This document shows positions 44,752-55,426 of a stretch of DNA of 64,000 bases, one piece after another (position 1 is the first letter of the stretch; each line of letters begins with the position of its first letter). The stretch is from Candidatus Parcubacteria bacterium (GTDB taxonomy: Bacteria; Patescibacteriota; Minisyncoccia; Phycocordibacterales; JAKFXT01). The notes under the pieces were generated by a model that saw only the letters and a list, made by a program, of their open reading frames with translations, did no database searches and was not told the DNA's origin. The stretch is from contig JAIOOV010000004.1 in NCBI GenBank assembly GCA_021414235.1, positions 342,157 through 406,156 on the forward strand, read 5' to 3'. The position numbers were made by a program, and so were the translations under genes.

Positions 44752-45854
44752 ACGCGCTGATACTTGGAGATGTTAAACAGGATACCTGCTTGGAAGAGGG
44801 CTAGGAGAAGGGCTGTTCCACCCTGGCTTACGAAGACAAGGGGGGTGCCAGAGAGCGGTACAAGGGCCAACATGGAGCCTATATTCAGGAAGGACTGGCA
44901 GGTGATAAGTATAACAATTCCGACGGCTACCAGTCCACCGAAGGAGTCAGGGGCCCGGGCGGCGATCCGGAAGCCCCGGAGAGCGAAGAATATGAACAAA
45001 AAGATGAGCAGGGAGGCTCCTACGAAGCCGAATTCCTCCCCGGCCACCGCAAAGATCGAGTCTCCTATGGGCTCCGGTAGGAATTCAAATTTCTGGAGGC
45101 TCTGACCGAAGCCTCGGCCGAAGATTCCTCCTGAACCTATGGCGATGAGCGACTGGGTGATCTGGTATCCCGCTCCCAATGGATCAGTCTCCCCTGGCGA
45201 GAGGAAGGTCATGATGCGGGACATGAGGTAGGGCCGCATGAATACGAGTCCGGTGAGGCCTACCAGACCTACGCCTCCCAGGATGGCCAGGTCCCTGATC
45301 TTTGCTCCCGCCACGACGAACATGGCGAGCCCTGCGGCGACCGCGATGAGGAAGGTGTCGGTATCCGGCTGCGCCAAGAGAATCATGCCCACGATACCGG
45401 TAAGCAAAGAGAATGGGATGAGACCGTACTTCCATTCACTCACCCGGTCCTTGGCCACGGTAAGCCAAGTAGCCAGGTAGAAGACATACGCAATCTTAAG
45501 AAGCTCGGATGGCTGGAAGGAAAACCCTGCAAGCGCTATCCAGCGCCGCGCTCCTCCGTGGGCGAAGCCTACTCCGGGTATGAATACGAGGAGCGTGAGG
45601 AGGATGGCGAAGACGAAGATATAGAAAGAATATTTGCGCCAGATCTGATAGCTCACTGTGCTCGCGGCGATGAGGGCTACTCCCCCGAGGCAGAGCCCGA
45701 AGACGAACTGCTTCAGCGCTACTGCTCCGAAATGCGCGCCTTCGCGCGCCAAGAGGCCGAGCGAGGCGGAGGTGAAAATGAAAAAGCCCACCGCGATCAG
45801 CAGGAACACGGTGATCATGAAGAGCTTGTCTATGGAGTGAGGGCGCGTACTCAT
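44748..45854 (-). CDS. ftsW: SEDS peptidoglycan polymerase FtsW
   Basis: GARRWI, QPSELLK, GYQITQSL, LPEPIGDSIFA, SQGGT. Confidence 0.92.
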   Translation of the reverse strand: MSTRPHSIDKLFMITVFLLIAVGFFIFTSASLGLLAREGAHFGAVALKQFVFGLCLGGVALIAASTVSYQIWRKYSFYIFVFAILLTLLVFIPGVGFAHGGARRWIALAGFSFQPSELLKIAYVFYLATWLTVAKDRVSEWKYGLIPFSLLTGIVGMILLAQPDTDTFLIAVAAGLAMFVVAGAKIRDLAILGGVGLVGLTGLVFMRPYLMSRIMTFLSPGETDPLGAGYQITQSLIAIGSGGIFGRGFGQSLQKFEFLPEPIGDSIFAVAGEEFGFVGASLLIFLFIFFALRGFRIAARAPDSFGGLVAVGIVILITCQSFLNIGSMLALVPLSGTPLVFVSQGGTALLLALFQAGILFNISKYQRV

Positions 45855-45939
45855 TTTTTCGAAGGCCACTACGTATAGCTTTTAGACATCACACATCATA
45901 AGACGAGAATCGCATCTCTCCTATTCCCCACTCAAATAT

Positions 45940-47016
45940 TTACTTGCCTACGAGTGCGATGATCATGCCGAAGAGTGCACAGACCACGCTCACAATCCAG
46001 AAACGCATGGTCACCTTGTAGCCTGGCCAGCCGAGAGCTTCGAAGTGGTGGTGGAGCGGCGCTACCAGAAAGAGCTTCTTGCCGCGGAACCGCTTGGAAA
46101 TTATCTGCAGCACATTGGAGAAGGAGGTGGCGATGAGCGGAAGCGCGATGATGGGGAGCGCGGAGAGGCCGTGGCCGGCCCCCAGCGTGTCGGTGGTGAA
46201 GGCTACTACCGCGAGGGTCAGCGTGAGCGCCATCGAGCCCGTCTCCGACATATAGAAGCGCGCAGGCGGGATATTGAACCAGAGGAAGGCCAGGAGTCCA
46301 CCCACGATCACTGCGCAGAAGGCGGCGAGGTTAATCTGGTTCTGATAGAAAGCGATGCCCGCGTAGGCGCTGAACATGGTGGCAAAGACTCCGCCCGCGA
46401 GCCCATCGATGCCGTCGATCACGCCGCCGGAATAGAGGCCGATGGTCACCAGTACGAAGAGCGGGATGAACAGCCAGCCGATGTAGAGGTCGCCGAGGAA
46501 CGGAAGCCCGATGCTCGTCACTCCCAGCTTGTAGTAGAACCAGAGAGCACAGCCGAGCCCAATCACTGCGACCACGCCGAGTCGCTTCTTGAGAGAGAGT
46601 CCTCCGGCGATATAGTCCCTGCTCCCCTTCACCTCAAGCCAGTCATCGAGGAGCCCTACGAGCGCGCCGAGCATGAGGGTGGCGAACGGGATCCAGGTCT
46701 GGTTGCGGGAGAGGTAGGAGAGCTTCTCGAGGAGCGTGCCCGGGAAGAGCTGGCTTAAGAGAAGGAGGCCGAGGGTGGTGATAGCGGTCGAGGCCCAGAC
46801 GACGATGCCGCCCATGCGCGGAGTGCCTACTTCCTTGGTCTTATGGAGCTCGTTAAATACTTCAGCGTTAGAGCCGTCCATGCTTATCTTCCCGCTCTTC
46901 TTCTTCCACATCTCCTGCTTATAGAGGAAGTGTGTAAGAAAGGGGGTGAGCGCGATGCCGGCGATGAAGGCAAAGGTCGCGGGAAGGAAGACTTTGACGA
47001 TATCCTCGATGACCAT
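45940..47016 (-). CDS. mraY: Phospho-MurNAc-pentapeptide transferase
   Basis: TPRMGG, GLLDD, DGIDGL, FLWFNIPPA, APLHHHFE. Confidence 0.93.
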   Translation of the reverse strand: MVIEDIVKVFLPATFAFIAGIALTPFLTHFLYKQEMWKKKSGKISMDGSNAEVFNELHKTKEVGTPRMGGIVVWASTAITTLGLLLLSQLFPGTLLEKLSYLSRNQTWIPFATLMLGALVGLLDDWLEVKGSRDYIAGGLSLKKRLGVVAVIGLGCALWFYYKLGVTSIGLPFLGDLYIGWLFIPLFVLVTIGLYSGGVIDGIDGLAGGVFATMFSAYAGIAFYQNQINLAAFCAVIVGGLLAFLWFNIPPARFYMSETGSMALTLTLAVVAFTTDTLGAGHGLSALPIIALPLIATSFSNVLQIISKRFRGKKLFLVAPLHHHFEALGWPGYKVTMRFWIVSVVCALFGMIIALVGK

Positions 47017-47041
47017 AGGTGGTGGCAGTATACAGGAAGCC

Positions 47042-48025
47042 CTACTCTTCTTCTCCCTTGGCTTCGAGATAGCGAAGGGTGGCATCTACCAGCTTGGCGA
47101 CGTCCTCGAAGCGGCCCTCCTGAGTGGAGCCGAGGACGCTTATAGCAACAGGGTGATTAGGACCGGCATCAAAGAGGATGACTAGGTTTCCTCCGGCGAG
47201 ATCGGTGAAGCCGGTTTTGGAAGCGATGAGGCCGGGCAAGGTCTCTACCGCACTATTGGTATTCTTCGTCTTATACGTCCCGCGAGCTGAGTCGACGATG
47301 AGTTCTTTGTAGCGCGTAGCTTCGAAACTCTCCGGGAATTCGCGTACGGCAGTGAGGAAGAGCTTGTTCACGTCGCGCGCAGAGCCATAGGCGCCAGAGA
47401 GTTCTTCGTTGAGATCGAGCCCGGTTTCGTTCAGGAAGTATGTTTGGGTCAGACCGAGCTCCTTGGCACGAGCGTTCATGCTGGCGAGGAAATCAGTAGA
47501 GGAGGCAGTGGCTTCGGGCTTGGCGCGAGCGACTGCTTCCCAGGCGCTCGCGATGGCTACGGCGCCGTCATTAGAAGAGCGCACCAGGGTCCAATCGAGG
47601 AGTGAGCGGAGTGACCACTTATCACCGGTTTTAAGTAATCCGTCGCCATCTGCTCTTAAGGTCTTCTCCCCTATCACCACCGTCTCATCTTCTCCCAGAG
47701 TCTCGCGCGCGGTGAGCGCGGTCATGATCTTGGTGAGAGATGCGAGCGGAAGCTGGGCTTCTCCATTTGCAGCAAAAAGTTCTACGCCTTTGGCAACGTC
47801 GTAGACGACGGCCGCGCGGGCGATGAGCTCCGGCGCTTCAAAGACTGCGGGGACCGGGGCCTTCGCCGGTACTTCCGTAGCTGCTGCTGCGCTCGCCATT
47901 TCCGTCGCTTTATCCGCAGGACGATAACTACGTAGTGCTACCGGCAGGAGGAGCAGGGTGCATATAAAAAAGGCCAAGCTTATGCCGAGCCACGATATGG
48001 AGATATTTTTATTCTCGTTCGGCAT
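47042..48025 (-). CDS. D-Ala-D-Ala carboxypeptidase (S11)
   Basis: ASLTKIMT (SxxK), SSNDGA (SxN), SKTGFTDLAG. Confidence 0.9.
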   Translation of the reverse strand: MPNENKNISISWLGISLAFFICTLLLLPVALRSYRPADKATEMASAAAATEVPAKAPVPAVFEAPELIARAAVVYDVAKGVELFAANGEAQLPLASLTKIMTALTARETLGEDETVVIGEKTLRADGDGLLKTGDKWSLRSLLDWTLVRSSNDGAVAIASAWEAVARAKPEATASSTDFLASMNARAKELGLTQTYFLNETGLDLNEELSGAYGSARDVNKLFLTAVREFPESFEATRYKELIVDSARGTYKTKNTNSAVETLPGLIASKTGFTDLAGGNLVILFDAGPNHPVAISVLGSTQEGRFEDVAKLVDATLRYLEAKGEEE

Positions 48026-48572
48026 TATTCTCAGTCGGTGTCGTTTTGAGCGCTTCCATCTTGGCGGCGATTTCGGCGCGGACCTCCGCGTACTCAGGGA
48101 GCTCTTCGACTGAGCTGACGCCTAAGTGTCCAAGAAGGTCGAAGGTCGGACGGTAGAGGAAGCTGCGCTTGTCCTCGGGGTTCTCTATCTTCTCCACTAA
48201 TCCGCGAAGCAGGAGATTGCGCAGGATGAAATGGGAGCTTACGCCGCGGACGTAATCGATATCCGCGCGGCTGATTGGTCCGTAGTAGATGACAAGCGAG
48301 AGCGCTTCGAGTCCTGCCTTGCCGATGTCGCGGTGGAATTCCTCTTTGACGAGCTTCTCGATGACGCTCGACGCTTCCGGCACAGTGCCGAGAGCTATCT
48401 CCTCGTCCTTCTCAAGTAGGGTCAATCCCCTTCCTTGAAGCGAAGCTTTCAGTCCGCCTAGAGCTTCTTTGATCTCCTCCTCGCTCTTATCAAGCAAAGA
48501 CGCGAGTTTCTTTACGGAAAGAGGCTCGCCGTAGAAGAATAGCACGGCTTCTATTGTGTTCGCAGTGTTCAT
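48009..48572 (-). CDS. scpB: SMC-Scp complex subunit ScpB
   Basis: IEAVLF, PISRADIDYVRGV, ELP. Confidence 0.93.
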   Translation of the reverse strand: MNTANTIEAVLFFYGEPLSVKKLASLLDKSEEEIKEALGGLKASLQGRGLTLLEKDEEIALGTVPEASSVIEKLVKEEFHRDIGKAGLEALSLVIYYGPISRADIDYVRGVSSHFILRNLLLRGLVEKIENPEDKRSFLYRPTFDLLGHLGVSSVEELPEYAEVRAEIAAKMEALKTTPTENNAERE

Positions 48573-48574
48573 AG

Positions 48575-49300
48575 TTAGTAGGAAGGAGTGCCGAGCGCGC
48601 GGGATTCCATAGTGATGTCTTCGAAGGGATTGTGCTGTTCTGCTTGGATGATGCCTTGTTTGACGAGTTCCAGCATAGCAAGAAAACTCACGATGACCAT
48701 CTTCTTCTCCTCCTTTCCGTGGCCGGAGAATTCCTTGAAGCTCATGGAGATGCTCTTCTGTACGCGGCCGACGAGCTGCTCGATCATCTCCTCGAGGCTA
48801 ATGATCTTCTGGACCACCGTTTTAGTGATGTGTTCCTTAACCGGGATGGAGGCCAGCGTGCGACGGAGAGCTTCGAGGAGCGATGGCTTGGTGACGGAGG
48901 GTTCTACCGAGAAGACCGGTTGCGCCAGGGTCCGCTCGGAAGCTTGGAAGACGAACTGTTTACCGAAGCGTTCGCGTAGGTGAAGCGAGAGTTCTCGGAC
49001 CCTCTGGTAGCGCGCCAGACGGTCTTCCAAGTCTTTGATGTCAGCTTCTTCTTCGGTGGTGAGCGAGAGGGATGGCAAGAGGGCCTTCGATTTGATGAGG
49101 AGAAGCGTTGCGGCAGTCAGGATGAAATGCGCAGTGTGTTCTATGGGAAAGTGCTCGAGCTTACGCACATAGGCTACGTAGTCGTCTGCTACCTGAGCGA
49201 GGGAGACATCACTCACGTGGAGCTTCCGCTTCTCGATGAGGTCGAGGAGCATTTCAAGCGGTCCCTCAAAGGAATCCTGCTTCACCAGAAAGGCGTTCAT
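48575..49300 (-). CDS. scpA: Segregation/condensation protein ScpA
   Basis: FEGPLEMLLDLI, LLLIKSKALLP, FLAMLELVKQG. Confidence 0.93.
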   Translation of the reverse strand: MNAFLVKQDSFEGPLEMLLDLIEKRKLHVSDVSLAQVADDYVAYVRKLEHFPIEHTAHFILTAATLLLIKSKALLPSLSLTTEEEADIKDLEDRLARYQRVRELSLHLRERFGKQFVFQASERTLAQPVFSVEPSVTKPSLLEALRRTLASIPVKEHITKTVVQKIISLEEMIEQLVGRVQKSISMSFKEFSGHGKEEKKMVIVSFLAMLELVKQGIIQAEQHNPFEDITMESRALGTPSY

Positions 49301-49346
49301 TGTCTTAGTATTATAACATTTTTCTGCTATTTATCCAAACTTTAAA

Positions 49347-49381
49347 ATACCTCAGCCCCGCTAAGTGCGGGGCTGAGGTAT
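49347..49381 (-). terminator. Hairpin after aspS
   Basis: ATACCTCAGCCCCGC-taagt-GCGGGGCTGAGGTAT. Confidence 0.7.
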
Positions 49382-49402
49382 CTGAATGCCTCTGAACGGA
49401 AA

Positions 49403-50788
49403 TTACTTCTTGAGAGAAATACCGAGTTCGGCGAGGTTCTTTGGATCGATTTCTGCTGGTGCGCCCATCATGAGGTCCTTCCCTTCTCCGGTCTTGGGGA
49501 ACGCGATGACTTCGCGGATGTTGGGTTCGTTCTGAAGGAGCATAACGATGCGGTCTATGCCGGGAGCGATGCCACCGTGCGGCGGAGCACCGTATCCGAA
49601 GGCATCGAGCATGTGGCCGAAACGGTTCAGGATGGTTTCTTGTGAGAGGCCGAGGATTTCGAATATCTTGTTTTGCAGGTCACGCTTATGGATACGGATT
49701 GAACCACCACCGACTTCGTAACCGTTCAAGACGATATCGTATGCATTTGCTCGGGCTTTGAGAGGATCGGAATCGAGAAGATGCTCGTCTCCGGGTTTTG
49801 GCGCAGTGAAGGGGTGATGAACCGCACCGACGCTCCCGTCCTCACCCTTCTCAAACATGGGGAAATCGATAACCCAGCAGAATGCCAGCTCGTCGGGGTC
49901 GTCCTTGTTCACGCGCATGTCCGGCTTATCGTTCCCATATTTTGCCATTGATTCTGCGTATGAGATTCGCGGGAAGGGTTTCTGGGCGATCTTTTTGTTC
50001 GGGTAGAGTTTCTCAACGAGCTCGACGAACATGGGCTCTATCAGAGAAAGCATATCTTCTTGAGTGACGAAGGACATCTCCAAGTCCAATTGGGTGAATT
50101 CAGGCTGACGGTCGCCGCGAGTGTCTTCATCACGGAAGCAGCGGGCGATCTGGAAATACCGCTCGAAGCCAGCCACCATGGCGAGCTGTTTGAACTGCTG
50201 CGGAGACTGAGGAAGAACGTAGAATTTCCCGTTTTCAAGCCGACTCGGAACCACATATTCCCGAGAGCCTTCCGGAGTGCCCTTCATAAGGATCGGCGTC
50301 TCTATCTCCACGAAGTCGTTTTTATGCAGATAGTCGCGGAAGAAGGAGACGATCTTGTCCCGCATACGCACATTGTTTTGTAAGCGAGAAGAACGGAGAT
50401 CGAGGTAGCGGTACTTGAGGCGTACTTCCTCGCTCACTTCGCGCGTGTCTCCAGAGAGCTCGAAAGGAGGTGTAGCAGATTCGTTCAAAACAACGATGGA
50501 GGTGATCTCGAGTTCAATATCGCCATTCACCACTTCCGTATTCACCATCTTGGCAGGACGCTTGTTCACGATACCCTCAGCGGTGATGACCCATTCAGAA
50601 CGGAGCGTACTAGCGAGCGCATGCGCCTCTTCGTGGTTAGGTAATGCGACTGACTGTATCTTGCCGGAGGCGTCACGGATGTCTAAGAAAATGAGCTTGC
50701 CATGGTCGCGGCGGGCATCTACCCAGCCGGAGATGGATACGCTCTCCCCCACTTTCTGCCCGAGGTCTTTTATATGAGTTCTCTGCAT
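49403..50788 (-). CDS. aspS: Aspartate--tRNA ligase, short form
   Basis: RLKYRYLDLR, LPQSPQQFKQ, CFRDED, PPHGGIAPGIDR. Confidence 0.95.
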   Translation of the reverse strand: MQRTHIKDLGQKVGESVSISGWVDARRDHGKLIFLDIRDASGKIQSVALPNHEEAHALASTLRSEWVITAEGIVNKRPAKMVNTEVVNGDIELEITSIVVLNESATPPFELSGDTREVSEEVRLKYRYLDLRSSRLQNNVRMRDKIVSFFRDYLHKNDFVEIETPILMKGTPEGSREYVVPSRLENGKFYVLPQSPQQFKQLAMVAGFERYFQIARCFRDEDTRGDRQPEFTQLDLEMSFVTQEDMLSLIEPMFVELVEKLYPNKKIAQKPFPRISYAESMAKYGNDKPDMRVNKDDPDELAFCWVIDFPMFEKGEDGSVGAVHHPFTAPKPGDEHLLDSDPLKARANAYDIVLNGYEVGGGSIRIHKRDLQNKIFEILGLSQETILNRFGHMLDAFGYGAPPHGGIAPGIDRIVMLLQNEPNIREVIAFPKTGEGKDLMMGAPAEIDPKNLAELGISLKK

Positions 50789-50789
50789 A

Positions 50790-51731
50790 TTATATTTTTA
50801 CGCCGATCCTCTCCTTAACTTCCGCCATTTTCGCCTGGGCCATCCTTCTTGCTTTCTCTGCTCCTTCTGCGAGTACTCTTTTCACTTCTTCGTCAGTGAT
50901 GCTATCGCGACGTGCTCGCATCGGAGCGATGAAGGCATCGATATCTTCGATGAGGGCTTCCTTGAGTACCTTGTAGCTACCTTTGTTGGCTTCGTAGAGA
51001 GATTCAAGTTCGCTCTCTGGGCGGAAGAGCTTGTGCATGAGGTACACATTCTCGGGACGCTCACCCGAAGAATCGGTCACTATACTCATCACTGCCTTAG
51101 TGATCTCTTCTTTTGAGCCGAAGAGCGGAATGGTATTGCCATAGCTCTTGCTCATCTTCTTGCCATCTGTGCCAGGAACAGTACCCACCTCTTCTTTAAT
51201 CATCTCCTGCGGCTCTTTGAATGTCTGTCCGTACGCGGTATTGAATTTCGCTGCCGCTTCGCGCGCATACTCCACGTGTTGACGCTGATCAGCGCCTACC
51301 GGCACCACGTCGGTGTCGTAGAGGAGAATGTCTGCCGCCATGAGCATGGGGTAGTTGAAGAGTCCGGCGTTCGCCTCGAGTCCCTTGGCTACTTTGTCTT
51401 TGTAAGAGTGCGCTTGCATGAGGAAGGGCACGGTGACGAGACACTCGAACGTCCAGGCGAGTTCGGTATGCTCCGGCACGTCTGATTGGCGGAAGATGAC
51501 GGCCTTCTCGGGGTCTACGCCCACGGCGAGATAGTCGCGGGTGACGTTAAGGATATTCTGTCGGAGTTCTTGAGGGTTCCGAGCGGTAGTGAGGGCGTGA
51601 TAGTCCACCACACAGAGCATGCTGTCATACTCCTCGTACATGTCCTTGAAGGGCTTCAAGGCGCCAAAGTAGTTGCCGATATGGAGGTTGCCGGAAGGCT
51701 GGAGGCCGGTAAAAAGACGCTTTTTGTTCAT
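50790..51731 (-). CDS. trpS: Tryptophan--tRNA ligase
   Basis: QPSGNLHIGNYFG, YPMLMAADIL, VPVGADQ, KMSKS. Confidence 0.97.
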   Translation of the reverse strand: MNKKRLFTGLQPSGNLHIGNYFGALKPFKDMYEEYDSMLCVVDYHALTTARNPQELRQNILNVTRDYLAVGVDPEKAVIFRQSDVPEHTELAWTFECLVTVPFLMQAHSYKDKVAKGLEANAGLFNYPMLMAADILLYDTDVVPVGADQRQHVEYAREAAAKFNTAYGQTFKEPQEMIKEEVGTVPGTDGKKMSKSYGNTIPLFGSKEEITKAVMSIVTDSSGERPENVYLMHKLFRPESELESLYEANKGSYKVLKEALIEDIDAFIAPMRARRDSITDEEVKRVLAEGAEKARRMAQAKMAEVKERIGVKI

Positions 51732-51771
51732 AGCGGATGTAGCTGCACTTTAACAGAAATCTGGCTTTTTT

Positions 51772-52269
51772 CTAGCGTCGCAGGAGTACGAAAAGCACAG
51801 CCAAGCCGCCAAGGAGCCACCAGAAGAAGGCGTGTTCGAAGGTAAAGAAGGCGCTGATGCTCTGCGGGAACTTATGTATCGCGCCGAAAGGCACTGAATT
51901 ATGAAGCACCGCCAAGGTGACGCCAGTGCCGAGGGCTGCGAGGGCGAAGGGCGCTGCTCCCCCGCTCTCCCCCATGTCGAAGCTATCCACGCTATGCTTC
52001 ACCGCCATGTACGCCAGTCCCGAGAGCGCGAGGAGTACTCCGATGAGCACGAAGCTTTTTTGCGCAGCGGTAGATCCGTAGCTGGCGATCTGATTCGTAT
52101 ACGGGAAATATGCGAAGAGCAGAAGACCTATGTAGAGCGAGAGATACATCGCGACCGTCTTGGCGCGTCCGAGAGCAAATGCAACTGCGACGAGTGCACC
52201 AAAGATCCCGAGGATGATAAGAATATCGACTGAGACTAAGTTCGCAGAGAAAGAAGAGAGTGATGGCAT
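51772..52269 (-). CDS. Hypothetical membrane protein
   Basis: About five hydrophobic segments; TATACT 7 nt before the ATG. Confidence 0.7.
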   Translation of the reverse strand: MPSLSSFSANLVSVDILIILGIFGALVAVAFALGRAKTVAMYLSLYIGLLLFAYFPYTNQIASYGSTAAQKSFVLIGVLLALSGLAYMAVKHSVDSFDMGESGGAAPFALAALGTGVTLAVLHNSVPFGAIHKFPQSISAFFTFEHAFFWWLLGGLAVLFVLLRR

Positions 52270-52309
52270 GAGGAATAGTATAGCACTGTAGATTCACGAC
52301 ATGATGTGC

Positions 52310-52345
52310 ACAAATCACCCACAACTAATGTTGTGGGTGATTTGT
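52310..52345 (-). terminator. Hairpin after dnaJ
   Basis: ACAAATCACCCACAAC-TAAT-GTTGTGGGTGATTTGT, 16-bp arms. Confidence 0.7.
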
Positions 52346-52361
52346 CTGCTTGATTTAAAAA

Positions 52362-53438
52362 CTAGATTCCCTCTTTGCGGAGCTCATTGAGAAGCTCTCG
52401 TGCTTTCTTCCCGAGCTTCCCAGGGAACGTGATGTTGATACGCACCAGGAGATCGCCACGGCGATTCTTCTCTACAGGTACTCCTTTGCCGCGTACGCGC
52501 AGAATCTCGCCGAAGGCTACGTTCTCGGGAATCTTGAGGGTAATGTCGCCGTCGAGAGTATGCACGGTGTAATCCGCACCAAGAAGTGCATCAGAGAGCT
52601 TCACGTTGAGGTCGGTAGTGAGGTTAGCTCCCTCCTTGCGCAGGAACGGATGGCGCTTCACATGTACTTTTACGTAGAGGTCGCCCGCAACTCCACCTGC
52701 GACTGCTTCACCCATGCCAGAGAGGCGGATCATTTCGCCATCATCAATGCCAGGAGGGACGCTGATGGTGATCTCTTCCTGGCGACGGACTACGCCTGCG
52801 CCATGACAGGAGGCGCACTTCTCTTTCGGTATCTTTCCAGAACCGCGGCAGGAATCGCAGGTGCGAGTGGTGCTAATGGAGCCGAAGAAGGAGCGACGTG
52901 TCTCGTGCACGCGTCCCTTGCCGTTACAAGAATCACACGTCTTCATCTCCGTGCCCGGCTTGCCGCCAGAGCCAGTACAGGTCTCACAGCGAGAAGTCTT
53001 GGTGATGAGCACCTTGCGCTCTGCACCGAAGACGGACTCCGCAAAGGTCAGCTCAATGTCTATGGAGATGTCGCGGCCGCGGGCTACGCGTCCTGCTCCT
53101 CCTCCGCCGAAGATGTCTCCGAAGATGTCTCCGATGTTGAAGTCCTCAAATCCTGCCTGTCCTCCGGTGAAGCCGGAGAAGTCGAAACCGCCCATATCTG
53201 GGCCCGCTCCCCCTCCACCATTCGCGCCACTAAAGACGCGGCCATAGGAATCGTATTCCGCACGCTTCTTGTCGTCCGAGAGCACGCTATACGCCTCGTT
53301 CACTTCCTTGAACTTGTTCGCATCCCCTCCCTTCTTGTCGGGATGGTACTTATGCGCCAACTTGCGGAAAGCCTTTTTGATGTCTTCTTTCGAAGCTCCT
53401 TTGGCGATTCCTAGTATGTCGTAGTAGTTCTTGGGCAT
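52362..53438 (-). CDS. dnaJ: Chaperone DnaJ
   Basis: J domain HPD, G/F region, four CxxCxGxG repeats. Confidence 0.97.
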   Translation of the reverse strand: MPKNYYDILGIAKGASKEDIKKAFRKLAHKYHPDKKGGDANKFKEVNEAYSVLSDDKKRAEYDSYGRVFSGANGGGGAGPDMGGFDFSGFTGGQAGFEDFNIGDIFGDIFGGGGAGRVARGRDISIDIELTFAESVFGAERKVLITKTSRCETCTGSGGKPGTEMKTCDSCNGKGRVHETRRSFFGSISTTRTCDSCRGSGKIPKEKCASCHGAGVVRRQEEITISVPPGIDDGEMIRLSGMGEAVAGGVAGDLYVKVHVKRHPFLRKEGANLTTDLNVKLSDALLGADYTVHTLDGDITLKIPENVAFGEILRVRGKGVPVEKNRRGDLLVRINITFPGKLGKKARELLNELRKEGI

Positions 53439-53495
53439 GAGAGGTGTCGTTTCTCCATACTAGCAGGGTCGCTGCTAGGGTTCAATCTTTTTGAT

Positions 53496-55400
53496 TTACG
53501 CCTTCGGCTCTTCTCCTCCTTCCTTGAAATCAGCGTCGCGTGGAGTGGGACCAGCTTCTCCTTCGGGAGCAGCTTCGCCACCCGCACTCTGTCCTCCGGG
53601 AGCTTTGCTCATAGCTTCACCCATCTTCTGAAGCTCCTGCGAGAGCGCCTCAGTGTCGCGCTTGATGGCGTCGGGATCAGTACCTTCTTTGGTTTTCTTG
53701 AGTTCTGTGATCTTACCCTCGATGGCGCTCTTCAGTTCTGCCGGAACCTTATCACCATTGTCGCGTAGTGACTTTTCTGCGGTGTAGATGAGCTGGTCAG
53801 CGAGGTTGCGGGCTTCTACGGACTGCTTCTTCTTCTCATCTTCTGATCCGTGTGCTTCCGCGTCCTTCTTCATGCGCTCAATTTCTTCGCTAGAGAGACC
53901 GGAGGAAGCTTCAATACGGATGGTCTGTTCCTTGCCGCTGGTCTTGTCCTTGGCCTTCACAGAGAGAATGCCGTTCGCATCTACGTCGAAGGTGACTTCC
54001 ACCTGAGGGAGTCCGCGCGGAGCGGGAGGGATGCCGTCGAGGATGAAGCGACCGAGGCTCTTGTTGTCCGCCGCCATGGCGCGCTCGCCCTGGACGATGT
54101 GGATCTCAACAGAGGTCTGGTTGTCCGCAGCAGTGGAGAAAGTCTGAGAGCGGGAGGTAGGCACGGTAGAGTTCTTCTCGATGAGCTTGGTGCCGACGCC
54201 GCCGAGGGTCTCGATACCGAGAGAGAGCGGGATGACGTCGAGGAGGAGCACGTCCTTCACGTCACCAGCGAGGATGCCGCCCTGGATGGCAGCGCCGAGC
54301 GCCACTACCTCATCCGGGTTCACGCCCATATGCGGCTTCTTGCCGAAGAATTCTTCCACCGCCTTTTGTATTGCGGGCATGCGAGTCTGGCCGCCCACGA
54401 GGATGACCTCGCTGATATCAGCGAGCTTGAAGGGAGAAGCATCCATGGCGCGCTTGGTGATGGCCATGGCGCGATCGATGAATTCCTTGGAGAGCTCTTC
54501 GAGCTTGGCGCGGGTCAGCTTCTTCACGAAGTGCTGAGGGCCGGCCTCCGTAGAGGTGATGAACGGGATGTTGATCTCCGACTCAAGTGCAGCAGAGAGT
54601 TCGATCTTGGCCTTCTCTGCGGCTTCGTCGAGACGCTGGCGTGCAAGAGGGTCGTTCCTCACGTCGATGCCGCTCTCTTTCTTAAACTCTTCTGCAAGCC
54701 AATTGATGACTACCTGGTCGATGTCCTTGCCGCCGAGGTGCGCATCGCCGTCGGTGCTCTTCACCTCCACCACGTCATCTCCCACTTCGAGCACGGATAC
54801 GTCGAAAGTACCACCACCGAAGTCGAAGACCGCGATTTTCTCTTCTTTCTTTTTGTTGAAGCCGTAGGCGAGCGCGGCCGCGGTCGGCTCGTTGATGATG
54901 CGGAGCACCTCAAGTCCTGCGATCTTGCCGGCGTCCTTAGTAGCCTGGCGCTGAGAGTCGTTGAAATATGCAGGAACGGTGATGATGGCCTGAGTGATGG
55001 TCTCCCCGAGGCGTGCCTCTGCATCCGTCTTCAGTTTCTGCAGGATCATGGCAGAGATCTCTTCCGGACGATTCCAGTTCTCTCCCATCTTCACTTCGAT
55101 GCCGCCGTTTGTGGACTTACGCATCTCGAAAGGCACAGCTTCTCTGTCCTTGCCGACTGCTGGTTCGTCAAAATTGTGTCCGATGAAGCGCTTGATCTGG
55201 TAGATCGTGTTCTTGGGATTGGTCACTCCCTGGCGCTTGGCGAGGAGGCCGACGAGGCGCTCTCCGGTCTTTGATACCGCGACGACGGAGGGCGTGGTAC
55301 GTGCGCCTTCCGCATTCTCGATGATCTTGGGTGCGCCCACTTCGATGACTGCCATCGCGGAGTTGGTGGTGCCGAGGTCGATGCCGAGTATTTTTGCCAT
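53496..55400 (-). CDS. dnaK: Chaperone DnaK
   Basis: [37 protein letters not shown]. Confidence 0.98.
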   Translation of the reverse strand: MAKILGIDLGTTNSAMAVIEVGAPKIIENAEGARTTPSVVAVSKTGERLVGLLAKRQGVTNPKNTIYQIKRFIGHNFDEPAVGKDREAVPFEMRKSTNGGIEVKMGENWNRPEEISAMILQKLKTDAEARLGETITQAIITVPAYFNDSQRQATKDAGKIAGLEVLRIINEPTAAALAYGFNKKKEEKIAVFDFGGGTFDVSVLEVGDDVVEVKSTDGDAHLGGKDIDQVVINWLAEEFKKESGIDVRNDPLARQRLDEAAEKAKIELSAALESEINIPFITSTEAGPQHFVKKLTRAKLEELSKEFIDRAMAITKRAMDASPFKLADISEVILVGGQTRMPAIQKAVEEFFGKKPHMGVNPDEVVALGAAIQGGILAGDVKDVLLLDVIPLSLGIETLGGVGTKLIEKNSTVPTSRSQTFSTAADNQTSVEIHIVQGERAMAADNKSLGRFILDGIPPAPRGLPQVEVTFDVDANGILSVKAKDKTSGKEQTIRIEASSGLSSEEIERMKKDAEAHGSEDEKKKQSVEARNLADQLIYTAEKSLRDNGDKVPAELKSAIEGKITELKKTKEGTDPDAIKRDTEALSQELQKMGEAMSKAPGGQSAGGEAAPEGEAGPTPRDADFKEGGEEPKA

Positions 55401-55426
55401 ATGGACGAGTGATTAATTGTTAAAAG

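Noticed and set aside
53850-55274. 474-aa ORF antisense to dnaK, and similar long antisense ORFs over dnaB, rpoA, the ABC exporter, mrdA and murF
   Set aside because: Expected shadow frames from biased codon usage in GC-rich genes; no recognisable motifs or start signals.
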